DNA of 37,029 nt from a bacterium (GTDB taxonomy: Bacteria; UBP18; UBA7526). Shown here piece by piece: positions 1 to 10,412 of the stretch. Location of the stretch: contig JAUWYL010000011.1 of NCBI GenBank assembly GCA_030615855.1, positions 1 through 37,029 of the forward strand. Direction: 5' to 3'. How positions within the stretch are numbered: position 1 is the first letter of the stretch; each line of letters begins with the position of its first letter. The position numbers and the translations under genes are program-made. The notes beneath the pieces were generated by a model. The model had not been told where the DNA came from, did not search any database, and saw nothing but the letters and a program-made list of their open reading frames with translations.

Positions 1-870
1 CATTTCAACGAAGACCTGAGTCAGGGTCTGTTCCCTCTCATCATGGCCTCCTCCCAATCCAGCAAACCTTTGCCTTCCCACGGCATCTATTTCATCAATG
101 AAGATTATAGAGGGAGCGTTCTTCTTCCCTTGCTGGAATAGGGAACGCACCCTACTGGCTCCCACACCAACGAACATTTCAACGAAGTCTGAACCAGAGA
201 TGCTAAAGAAGGGAACCCCAGCCTCACCAGCCACCGCCTTGGCCAAGAGGGTCTTTCCCGTTCCTGGAGGACCCATTAAGAGTACTCCCTTAGGAATCTT
301 CCCTCCCAGCTTCTGGAACTTCCTGGGATCCTTCAAGAACTCGATGACCTCCTTTAATTCTTCCTTTGCTTCATCACATCCGGCGACATCCTTGAAGGTG
401 ATCTTCGTCTTGGGCTCGGTATGTAACTTGGCCTTCGCCTGACCGAAGGACATGGCCTGGCGACCAGCCCCCTCCACCCGGCGGAAGAGGAAGAACCAGA
501 GAAGACCAAAGATAAATACTATTGGAAGGACATTAATCAAGAGGGACTTCCACATCGTCTGGGCAGGCTTACCCACAATCCTTATTCCCTCGGCCTGCAA
601 GGTCTCAGCGAGCTTCGGATCCTGATAGGGGGTGTAGGTTTTGAACCTCGTCTCATCCCGCAGTCTCCCCTCGATATTATTCTCCATAATGACTACTTCC
701 TGAACCTCTCCTTTATTCACTTTCTCTATAAAAGTAGAGTAGTCAAGAGGGATAATGGGGGAAACTTTTGCCTTCTGGGCCTGATAGAAGAAGGCGATGA
801 TGAGGGCTAATAGAAGCCAGAAGCCGATGGATTTAATGGATTTTGGGAATTTATTTACTTTCTTATTCAC
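1..870 (-). CDS. ftsH: ATP-dependent zinc metalloprotease FtsH, 5' part (runs off the window's left edge)
   Basis: Manual translation (absent from ORF track): two TM segments, then [15 protein letters not shown], Walker [27 protein letters not shown], Walker [27 protein letters not shown] at 870 with GGAGG 8 nt upstream (alternative ATG at 885). Confidence 0.97.
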   Translation of the reverse strand, partial: MNKKVNKFPKSIKSIGFWLLLALIIAFFYQAQKAKVSPIIPLDYSTFIEKVNKGEVQEVVIMENNIEGRLRDETRFKTYTPYQDPKLAETLQAEGIRIVGKPAQTMWKSLLINVLPIVFIFGLLWFFLFRRVEGAGRQAMSFGQAKAKLHTEPKTKITFKDVAGCDEAKEELKEVIEFLKDPRKFQKLGGKIPKGVLLMGPPGTGKTLLAKAVAGEAGVPFFSISGSDFVEMFVGVGASRVRSLFQQGKKNAPSIIFIDEIDAVGRQRFAGLGGGHDEREQTLTQVFVEM

Positions 871-889
871 TTTCTTTACCTCCATACAA

Positions 890-918
890 ATAATAGCATA
901 TCTTGCTTAATCCAGCAA
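890..918 (-). promoter_or_regulatory. Putative sigma70 promoter for ftsH
   Basis: Minus strand TTGCTG-17 nt-TATTAT with extended -10 TG. Confidence 0.5.
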
Positions 919-1467
919 CTATTTCAGTCTCTCCTTTGCCTTATCTGTCAGGGTTGCGATATAGGGAAGATTTCTGTATAACTCCAGATAATCTAATCCA
1001 TAGCCCACCACGAACTCATCGGGAATGGTGAAGCCCACATAGTTTGGCTTCACTTTTACCAGACGGCGGGAGGGCTTATCTAAAAGGGCGCAAATCTTGA
1101 TGCCCTTTGGATTATGGGCCTTCAAGTATCTCTTAAGATAGGAGAAGGTCAACCCAGTATCAACAATATCCTCAACAATTAAAACATGCTTATCCTCAAT
1201 ATCCTCTTTCAGATCCTTGATGATCCTTATTACCCCACTTGATTTGGAGGTTTTTTTGTAGCTGGTGACGAACATAAAGTCTATTGCTGCCGGAACCGTG
1301 ATGTGGCGCACCAGATCCGCCAAGAAGAGCATGGCTCCCCTCATAATGGCCACAATGACCAGTTCCTTTCCTCTATAATCTTTAGATATCTTCCTTCCTA
1401 ATTCTTGGGTCTTCTTCTGAATCGCTTTTTCAGATATTAGAACATCCTTTATGATTTTGGGCTTCAT
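919..1467 (-). CDS. hpt: Hypoxanthine phosphoribosyltransferase
   Basis: PRPP-binding VLIVEDIVDTGLT, FVVGYGLD, YRNLPYI; tilS-hpt-ftsH synteny. Start moved to ATG at 1467 (or 1470) behind GGGAGGG. Confidence 0.96.
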   Translation of the reverse strand: MKPKIIKDVLISEKAIQKKTQELGRKISKDYRGKELVIVAIMRGAMLFLADLVRHITVPAAIDFMFVTSYKKTSKSSGVIRIIKDLKEDIEDKHVLIVEDIVDTGLTFSYLKRYLKAHNPKGIKICALLDKPSRRLVKVKPNYVGFTIPDEFVVGYGLDYLELYRNLPYIATLTDKAKERLK

Positions 1468-1487
1468 CATCCCTCCCTTCGGTCGTA

Positions 1488-1700
1488 AGTAACAAGTAAA
1501 AAGTAAAAATTTGAAAACAGTTGACAAAAGTCTGAAAACTGTAGGGAAATCTGAAATCAGCCCGCCCCGCTTCGCGGAGCGAGGCCGGGGAAAACTGTTT
1601 TCGGTTTTGCGTTTTCTCTACCGATTTCTGTTTTCCCTCCGGGTCAGGCTCCGCCTCAGAGAGGCTTCTGCCTCGGAGAGAGACCCTCTGGGTCGGAGAC
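1488..1700. repeat. Composite intergenic repeat: degenerate inverted GAAAAC(A/T)G / CTGTTTTC array with embedded GC-rich palindromes
   Basis: gaaaacag, gaaaactg, gaaatctg, gaaatcag then ctgttttc, ggttttgc, ctgttttc; GC-rich element at 1561-1590 and GC-rich degenerate palindromes at about 1637-1700. Confidence 0.6.
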
Positions 1701-1714
1701 TAACAACCGACTTC

Positions 1715-3151
1715 CTATTTTGCATTTTTCATTGCTAATTTTGCATTTTGCATTGATCTCTTAACTTCTATCATCAATACTTTCTTTGTTTTATTAGTGA
1801 CTTTCGCCTTATCTGATATGCGATGGCCAATCACCCAGACAATCTCCTTTCCACTAACCAGTAAGGGTATTCTTTCCCTTTCTTTAAGGGGTATCTTCTC
1901 GTCTATGAAGAAGTTCTTTAACTTCTTACTCCCTCTCATACCCAGAGGTTGAAAGCGGTCTCCTGTTTCCCTATTGCGCAAGAAGAGAGGGGCCTTGATT
2001 CTTCCATAATCGAAGTAGGCCCTCTTCTTCAAAGCCTTTTTCAAAGCCCTCGGTCTTTCTTTCAGGATCTTAGTCCGGAAGGAGAGGCCAAGCTCCGGAA
2101 TCTTAGTGATTCCAGGCACCTTTAAAAAATAGTTAAAGGAGGGGGCTCTCTCTTCTTTCTTAAAGCCCAGGGATAGCCTTCTATACTCCTTAGTAATTAG
2201 AATATTTCCTGGTAGATCTAAGGAAGCCCTCCCTCTTGCCTTCAATAGGTCAAGAATATCATCTATATGTGAGAGCTGAATATCGAGTTTATTACCTTTT
2301 ATTAATCCCAAAGATTCTCTTAAGATACGTCTCTGGATGGGAAGGGAAAGGGATGAAAGTTTAATAATGTCTAATGTAATCCCCTCTTTCCTCTTCTTCA
2401 CTATTCGCTTAAGGTGTTGACTAACGATTCTTTCTAGATAGCGATCTTCTTCACCAAGAATTTGAGCGGTACGTATCAATATAGATTTAATATTGGGATT
2501 GTATTTAGTAAGGAGGGGTAAGAGTTTCAACCTTATTCTATTGCGCAGATAGGCGGGCTTTATATTTGAGGCATCGAGCCTGCTTTTAATTCCCTGTTCC
2601 TTTAGATACTCCTCAACCTCTTCTCTGGTGGCCTCAATCAAAGGTCGAATAACTTTAACCTTAGACCCTGGCTTTAGTTCCCTTACTGGAGGAATGCCTC
2701 CCAGACCCTCCCTTCCTGAACCGCGCAGAAGCCTCATAAGAACCGTCTCTGCTTGGTCATCTGCGTTATGGCCCAGGGCAATTTTATTTGCTTTTACTCT
2801 TTTCACTACCCGGGCGAAGAAATCATACCTCGCCCTTCTTGCCCCATCTTCTAGAGAGAGGCCCTCTTCCTTAATGAAAGCCGGGACGTCTCTGGATTCC
2901 ACGATAACGGGCAGGCCCAGTTCTAGAGCCAATTCTTGAACATATTCCGCATCTTTATCCGATTCCTTTCCTCGGAATCCGTGATTGAGATGGGCAAGGG
3001 ATAAAGAGATCTTGAGTCGGGGAGCCAGCTTCTTTAATATATGCAATAGAGCAATGGAGTCTGGGCCTCCCGAGACCCCAACCGCTACTCTATCACCAGG
3101 AGAGAGCATCTCGAATTTCTTTATTGTTTCTCTTACTTTCTCTTTTAACAT
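1715..3151 (-). CDS. tilS: tRNA(Ile)-lysidine synthetase
   Basis: PP-loop VGVSGGPDS, AHLNHGFR, GHNADDQAETVLMRLLRGSG, RNRIR, C-terminal GDRFQPLGM..KKLK..FID domain. The last residues (MQNAKLAMKNAK) come from a heptamer array. Confidence 0.97.
   Translation of the reverse strand: MLKEKVRETIKKFEMLSPGDRVAVGVSGGPDSIALLHILKKLAPRLKISLSLAHLNHGFRGKESDKDAEYVQELALELGLPVIVESRDVPAFIKEEGLSLEDGARRARYDFFARVVKRVKANKIALGHNADDQAETVLMRLLRGSGREGLGGIPPVRELKPGSKVKVIRPLIEATREEVEEYLKEQGIKSRLDASNIKPAYLRNRIRLKLLPLLTKYNPNIKSILIRTAQILGEEDRYLERIVSQHLKRIVKKRKEGITLDIIKLSSLSLPIQRRILRESLGLIKGNKLDIQLSHIDDILDLLKARGRASLDLPGNILITKEYRRLSLGFKKEERAPSFNYFLKVPGITKIPELGLSFRTKILKERPRALKKALKKRAYFDYGRIKAPLFLRNRETGDRFQPLGMRGSKKLKNFFIDEKIPLKERERIPLLVSGKEIVWVIGHRISDKAKVTNKTKKVLMIEVKRSMQNAKLAMKNAK
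1718..1753. repeat. Degenerate TTTGCAT heptamer array forming the tilS C-terminus
   Basis: tttgcat ttttcat tgctaat tttgcat tttgcat. Confidence 0.75.
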
Positions 3152-3159
3152 TTTCTACA

Positions 3160-3182
3160 AGAAAGGCGACCTTAAAGGTCGC
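3160..3182 (-). terminator. Hairpin/intrinsic terminator after the tRNA pair
   Basis: GCGACCTT/AAGGTCGC inverted repeat followed on the minus strand by CTTTCTT. Confidence 0.55.
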
Positions 3183-3183
3183 A

Positions 3184-3260
3184 TGGTGGCGGTGCAGGGA
3201 CTCGAACCCCGGACACGGGGATTATGATTCCCCTGCTCTAACCAGCTGAGCTACACCGCC
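3184..3260 (-). tRNA. tRNA-Met(CAU), elongator type
   Basis: GGCGGTG TA GCTC AGCTGGTTA GAGC A GGGGA ATCATAA TCCCC GTGTC CGGGG TTCGAGT CCCTG CACCGCC A CCA folds as a cloverleaf; G1-C72 paired; encoded CCA. Confidence 0.92.
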
Positions 3261-3381
3261 AAATTTTTGATGCAATCAAAAATTTGATTTCGAGTTCCGA
3301 CTTTGTTGGAACGAGAAACCTCAATATTTTCAGGCATCTCACCCTTTTAGGGCTCGATGTCAAATTTTCCTCTGGAAAATT

Positions 3382-3458
3382 TGGTTGCGGGGCCCGGATT
3401 TGAACCGGGGACCTCGAGGTTATGAGCCTCGCGTGGTACCTGACTCCACTACCCCGCT
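3382..3458 (-). tRNA. tRNA(CAU), initiator (fMet)-like with non-canonical features
   Basis: AGCGGGG TA GTGG AGTCAGGTA CCAC G CGAGG CTCATAA CCTCG AGGTC CCCGG TTCAAAT CCGGG CCCCGCA A CCA; unpaired 1:72, TTCAAAT T-loop and GCGGGG/CCCCGC acceptor stem as in initiators. Confidence 0.9.
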
Positions 3459-3467
3459 TTATTACAT

Positions 3468-3496
3468 AATATACCACAGATTAGTTAATTTGTCAA
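3468..3496 (-). promoter_or_regulatory. Strong sigma70 promoter for the tRNA pair
   Basis: TTGACA-17 nt-TATATT with extended -10 TG, about 10 nt upstream of the tRNA 5' end. Confidence 0.85.
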
Positions 3497-3499
3497 ATT

Positions 3500-3802
3500 C
3501 TACTTCTCTTCCTCAGAAGAGATGATCTCATAGACGATTTCGCCTTTCTTCACCATTCCCAGCTCTTCTCGAGCAATTTTTTCAATATAGAAGGGGTCCC
3601 CCTCCAGGGCCTTTATCTCCTCCTCCAGCCTCTTGTTCTCCTGAACGAGCCTCTCATTCTCCTCTTCTATTCTTGCCAGTCTCTGACCCACCTTTCTCAG
3701 GTCGAGATATCCAGAGAAAAAGAGATAAGTGAAAAAGAAGGCTAATAAAAGGACGGCTATTAAGATTACTTTAGGGAAACGCTTACCTTTTTTCTCCATC
3801 AT
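3500..3802 (-). CDS. ftsB: Septum formation initiator (FtsB/DivIC family)
   Basis: Single TM, coiled coil, YIEKIAREELGMVKKGE motif; follows eno (eno-ftsB synteny). Confidence 0.88.
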   Translation of the reverse strand: MMEKKGKRFPKVILIAVLLLAFFFTYLFFSGYLDLRKVGQRLARIEEENERLVQENKRLEEEIKALEGDPFYIEKIAREELGMVKKGEIVYEIISSEEEK

Positions 3803-3811
3803 TTACTCTTC

Positions 3812-6148
<2,337 letters not shown>

Positions 6149-6151
6149 AGT

Positions 6152-7393
6152 TTACTCCTTTAGTTTCTTCTCATATTCTTGAGCGAGCTCCTCAAGTCTT
6201 CCCAACTTCTGGCAGAGTTCGATGAGCCTTCTCTGGGCCTGGTTGACAACCCAATCCTCTTTGACCGTTTCAATAATCCTCTTATACTCAGAGATGGCCT
6301 CATCATACCTCTTGGCCATCTTATAGGTATCTGCCAAGTCAAGAGAGGTGCGGGCAAGAAGCCAGCTCTCTGTGGTTATTTCAAGAACTTTCTTATACTC
6401 CTTGATTGCTTCGCCATACTTCCCCTGTTTCTTATAGATATCAGCCAGGCTCTTGCTATAGCGCTCCCTCTCAGGATCAAGTTCCATGGCCTTCTGGTAA
6501 GCCTCTATTGCCTCATCATACATCCTGTTCTGAGAATAGATGCTTCCTGCCATACTATACACCCAGCCACTCTCTGGTCTTATTCCGATAAGACTATTTA
6601 GAGCAGAGACACCCTCTTCCTTCTTCCCCAGCTTGAAGTAACAACTGGCCAGACTCTGATAATAGGAGGTGCTATTCGGTTTTAGTTCTACTAACCTTTT
6701 GAATTCAGCCAGGGCCTCTTGGTATTTACCCTGGCGCTCATATACCCTGGCCAAGGAATTACGGATCTTCTCATCTGTGGGCTCAATCTTTAAGGCCTTT
6801 TGGTAAATAGAAATGGCCTCTTCATACTTTTTCTGCTTTTCGTATATTTCTCCCAGGAACTTATAGGAACTGATATCCTTTGGCCTCTTCTTAATTCTCT
6901 TCTCATAATCCTGGGCGACCTTGAGTCCTTCCCCGGTTTTTATATAGGTCTCGGCCAATCCCCTCTGGGCCTGAGTAATGACCCACTCCGAGGTAGCAGT
7001 CTCCAGAACCCTCTTATATTCCGTTATTGCTTCCTGATATTTTCTCTGCTTGCTATAGACTTTGGCTAATTCCAGCCTATGGCGCTCTTCTTCAGGTCTA
7101 AGCAGAAGCATCTTTCTATACTCCTCAGCAGCCTTCTCATACATCTTTCTTCTCTTATAGATCTGAGCAAGCTCTTTATGAAGTTCAATATCCTCTGGAG
7201 CAATCTTCAATGCCTTCTCATAGACTTCAATCGCCTTCTCAAACTTCTCCTGCTTCTGGTAGATCTCCCCCAACATCTTGTAGTCCTCTAAGGTCGCCTT
7301 GGGACCTGAAGTTTCTTGTGCCCAGACGATTGCTGAAATGGATAGTACCAGAATTAGAATAATCACCCCAAAAGACTTTCTAAATTGTTTCAT
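6152..7393 (-). CDS. Exported TPR protein
   Basis: Signal peptide (..AIVWA-Q), tandem TPRs (LG.IY......A...Y.KAL...P). Confidence 0.88.
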   Translation of the reverse strand: MKQFRKSFGVIILILVLSISAIVWAQETSGPKATLEDYKMLGEIYQKQEKFEKAIEVYEKALKIAPEDIELHKELAQIYKRRKMYEKAAEEYRKMLLLRPEEERHRLELAKVYSKQRKYQEAITEYKRVLETATSEWVITQAQRGLAETYIKTGEGLKVAQDYEKRIKKRPKDISSYKFLGEIYEKQKKYEEAISIYQKALKIEPTDEKIRNSLARVYERQGKYQEALAEFKRLVELKPNSTSYYQSLASCYFKLGKKEEGVSALNSLIGIRPESGWVYSMAGSIYSQNRMYDEAIEAYQKAMELDPERERYSKSLADIYKKQGKYGEAIKEYKKVLEITTESWLLARTSLDLADTYKMAKRYDEAISEYKRIIETVKEDWVVNQAQRRLIELCQKLGRLEELAQEYEKKLKE

Positions 7394-9234
7394 CTCATTT
7401 CTCCTTTCTTAACATCCTTCAATTTCTTCTCCAGTTCTTCGGCAAGTTCATCCAGTCTGCCTGCCTTTTCATATAATTCAACCAATTCTCTTCTAGCCCA
7501 CTCTTTGCTCCACTTATTCCCCAATTGTAGGGCCTTCTCGTAGGCTGAGATGGCTTCATTATAGAGTCTACGTTTTTTATATATCCTTCCCACCTGCATA
7601 TAGGAATAAGCATTGTTTGGATTTAACTCTATAATCTTTTGCCAGGTAGCAATGGCTTTCTGTTTTTCTCCCATCTCGAAGTAGGTCTCACCTAATTTCT
7701 GATAGTTTCTGGTATTATTGGGTTCTAAGGTAATCAATTTTTCATAGGAGGGGATGGCTTTATTAAACTTTTTTTCTCCAGAATAGAAAGCACCCAACAG
7801 GCTGTATAATCCACAATTCTCAGAATTCTTGGCCAATAATTCTTTAACCTCTTTAACCGCCTCTTGATACATATTCTGACTCTTGACCATTCTTAGGATC
7901 TTATTCTCTACTCTCCCTACTCCACAGCCACAAGGGCCACAGCCTAGGCCATAACCAAGATTCTTCTCTATAATCTTCAAATAAGTATCGAGAGCCTCAC
8001 TATATCTCCCTTCCTTTTCATATACCTCTCCTAAGCCCAGGTAAGCAGGAGCATAATCAGAATCTAATGCTATGGCATTCTTATATTGGGAGAGGGCTTC
8101 TTTTAGATCACCCTTCTTTCTATAAATCTTTGCTAAATAAGCATAGTTTTTGGCCTTCCCCGGCTCCAGAGCCATAAGGTTCTTCCCTACTCTAATAGCC
8201 TCCTCATACATTCCCTTCTCTTCATAGATCCTGCTCAATAGATAATGGCTCGCTTTATCTTGGGGATTCTCTTTCAGAATTTTCTCATACTCAGTCATTG
8301 CTTTATCTAAGAGGCCCTTTCTCTTATAGAGGGCAATGAGGCGGGAGTAAGGCCATTCCTGTTCGGGAAGGGTCTCCATCGCCTTCTTATAGAAAGTGAT
8401 GGCCTCGTCTATCTGACCTTTTTCCTCATAGATTCGGGCAAGGAACATATAGGCTGAGGCCTTAATCTGAATATCCTTAGACTCTAAAGTAATGACTCTC
8501 TTGAGTTCTTTTATTGCCTCCTCCCATCTACTTTCTTGGTAATAGAGCATACCTAACATAAAATGGGCCCTGATTGCTTTGGGGTTTATCTCAATGGCCT
8601 TCTTTAACTCCGCTATAGCATCCTTTGTATCACCTGGGAAGGCGAACATGGCAAGAGAAGTTCTGGGCGTAGACCATTTCGGTGCCAATTCTATGGCCTT
8701 TCTATATTCCTCATTGGCTTCCTTCTTTTTCCGGGCAAGGTAATAGGTTAGTCCCAATAGATAATGGGCAATAGCGTTATTGGCTGAAGTCTCAATTGCC
8801 CTTTGAAGGTCCTTCATTGCCGGTTCATAATTCCGCTTGCCCATTAATCCTTTCAATCTATTCCCATACTTTTTCTTATATGTTCTTCTCGCTTCTTCAG
8901 TAATTTCTTTACTTTCTATTATATTGCTCAAGAGATGGTAGGGAATGATATTCTCTGGGGATAATTGAATGCTCTTTTGAAACTCAGCCAGGGCCTTGTC
9001 ATACTTTTCCTCCTTCATCAAAACGTATCCCAAGTTGATGCGAAGATAGAGATTATTCGGCTCTAAGGCTACTCCCTTTTTATACTCCTCAATCGCCTGG
9101 CCATACTTACCCTGGTTAAAATAGTTATTTCCTAAATTAAGATACTCTTCTACTTTGCCCTGTGCCCAGACGGTAGAAACGGTAACGGTCAATATTAAAA
9201 CCAATCCAACTATGACTTTCTCTTTTAGATTCAT
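7390..9234 (-). CDS. Exported TPR protein with a CGPCGC motif
   Basis: Signal peptide (..STVWA-Q), many TPRs; GLGCGPCGCGVG between repeats; AAGGAGG RBS. Confidence 0.88.
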   Translation of the reverse strand: MNLKEKVIVGLVLILTVTVSTVWAQGKVEEYLNLGNNYFNQGKYGQAIEEYKKGVALEPNNLYLRINLGYVLMKEEKYDKALAEFQKSIQLSPENIIPYHLLSNIIESKEITEEARRTYKKKYGNRLKGLMGKRNYEPAMKDLQRAIETSANNAIAHYLLGLTYYLARKKKEANEEYRKAIELAPKWSTPRTSLAMFAFPGDTKDAIAELKKAIEINPKAIRAHFMLGMLYYQESRWEEAIKELKRVITLESKDIQIKASAYMFLARIYEEKGQIDEAITFYKKAMETLPEQEWPYSRLIALYKRKGLLDKAMTEYEKILKENPQDKASHYLLSRIYEEKGMYEEAIRVGKNLMALEPGKAKNYAYLAKIYRKKGDLKEALSQYKNAIALDSDYAPAYLGLGEVYEKEGRYSEALDTYLKIIEKNLGYGLGCGPCGCGVGRVENKILRMVKSQNMYQEAVKEVKELLAKNSENCGLYSLLGAFYSGEKKFNKAIPSYEKLITLEPNNTRNYQKLGETYFEMGEKQKAIATWQKIIELNPNNAYSYMQVGRIYKKRRLYNEAISAYEKALQLGNKWSKEWARRELVELYEKAGRLDELAEELEKKLKDVKKGEMR

Positions 9235-9254
9235 AGAAAGCCTCCTTGATTAGA

Positions 9255-9283
9255 ATTGTATCATAATCCCGAAGATTAGTCTA
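9255..9283 (-). promoter_or_regulatory. Putative sigma70 promoter for the TPR-TPR-TPR-eno unit
   Basis: TAGACT-17 nt-TACAAT with extended -10 TG. Confidence 0.65.
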
Positions 9284-10412
9284 TTCTGATTTTGATTAGT
9301 CTCATCAATTGCTCTGAAGCGTCTGGGATTAGTTGGGAGGATTTTCCTACTGCCTGGGAGCGGGTCATGGGATAAGGGGTGGTGGTCATTATGCCGTCTA
9401 TTCCATGCTTATAGACTACTTCGACGCCTTCGCTTACTTCTCCTACAATGGCTATTACTGGGATATTGTATTTCTTGGCCAATTTTGCTACTCCGATGGG
9501 CGTCTTTCCATAGATTGTCTGAGAATCCATCTTTCCTTCCCCAGTAATGACTAAATCAGCATCTTTTAAGTGCTTTTCTAACCCGACGGTTTCAATGACG
9601 ATATCCACTCCCAATCTTATCTTGGCATTCAAGAAAGCAATCAAGCCTGCGCCTAAACCTCCTGCTGCTCCTGTGCCAGGAATATCTTTGATGTCCTTCT
9701 TCAGATCCCTTTTGATACTTGAGGCATACCTTTTCAGATTCTTTTCTAACCTCTTGACCATGGATGGAGTAGCTCCCTTCTGTGGAGCATAGACCTTGGC
9801 TGCCCCCTTCGGCCCAGTCAGAGGATTATCGACATCAGAGGCTATCAATACTTTTGTCTTTTTAAGCCTTTTATCCAATTTAGAGAGATCAATTTCCTCC
9901 AAATTTTCTAATGCTCCACCTCCGAAATCAATTTCTCCTCCCTTCCTATCCAATAGTCTTGCTCCTAAGGCCTGAGCCATCCCTGCTCCACCGTCTACCG
10001 TGGCGCTTCCTCCGATGCCCACGATAATCTTTCTACATCCCCTGTCTAAGGCAGCCCTTATCAATTCACCTGTTCCATAGGTAGTGGTCAATAAAGGATT
10101 CCTCTTCTTTTTAGGAACGAGGGGAAGGCCAGAGGCAGAGGCCATCTCAATCACCGCAGTCTTTCCATCCCCCAAGATTCCATAAAAGGCCTTTATTTTC
10201 TTTTCTAATGGCCCGGTTACTTCTTTTCTTATTATCCTTCCTTTGGTAGCATCTACTAAAGACTGAACCGTCCCTTCCCCTCCATCAGCCATGGGAACTT
10301 TGACTATTCTTACTTTAGGATAGACTCTTCTTATTCCCTTCTCTATTAGTTTAGCAACTTCTAAAGCGCTTAGATTTCCCTTGAATGAATCAGGGGCAAT
10401 AACAATCTTCAT
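9276..10412 (-). CDS. glxK: Glycerate kinase (GlxK/GarK family)
   Basis: MKIVIAPDSFKG, PMADGGEGT, GIGGSATVDGG, GAAGGLG, VITGEG. Confidence 0.95.
   Translation of the reverse strand: MKIVIAPDSFKGNLSALEVAKLIEKGIRRVYPKVRIVKVPMADGGEGTVQSLVDATKGRIIRKEVTGPLEKKIKAFYGILGDGKTAVIEMASASGLPLVPKKKRNPLLTTTYGTGELIRAALDRGCRKIIVGIGGSATVDGGAGMAQALGARLLDRKGGEIDFGGGALENLEEIDLSKLDKRLKKTKVLIASDVDNPLTGPKGAAKVYAPQKGATPSMVKRLEKNLKRYASSIKRDLKKDIKDIPGTGAAGGLGAGLIAFLNAKIRLGVDIVIETVGLEKHLKDADLVITGEGKMDSQTIYGKTPIGVAKLAKKYNIPVIAIVGEVSEGVEVVYKHGIDGIMTTTPYPMTRSQAVGKSSQLIPDASEQLMRLIKIRID

Noticed and set aside
1-30. FtsH reads [11 protein letters not shown] instead of EQTLNQLLVEM, and bases 1-13 repeat bases 175-187
   Set aside because: It lies at the window edge; natural divergence, chance similarity and an assembly artefact cannot be told apart.
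3184-3260. Calling this tRNA-Ile2 because it adjoins tilS
   Set aside because: The acceptor stem GGCGGTG and the GGAATCATAATCC anticodon arm fit elongator Met better than Ile2.
3261-3381. Palindromes in the tRNA spacer as a separate ncRNA
   Set aside because: Short hairpins (AAATTTTTGA/TCAAAAATTT, AAATTTTCC/GGAAAATTT) are adequately explained as precursor spacer structure.
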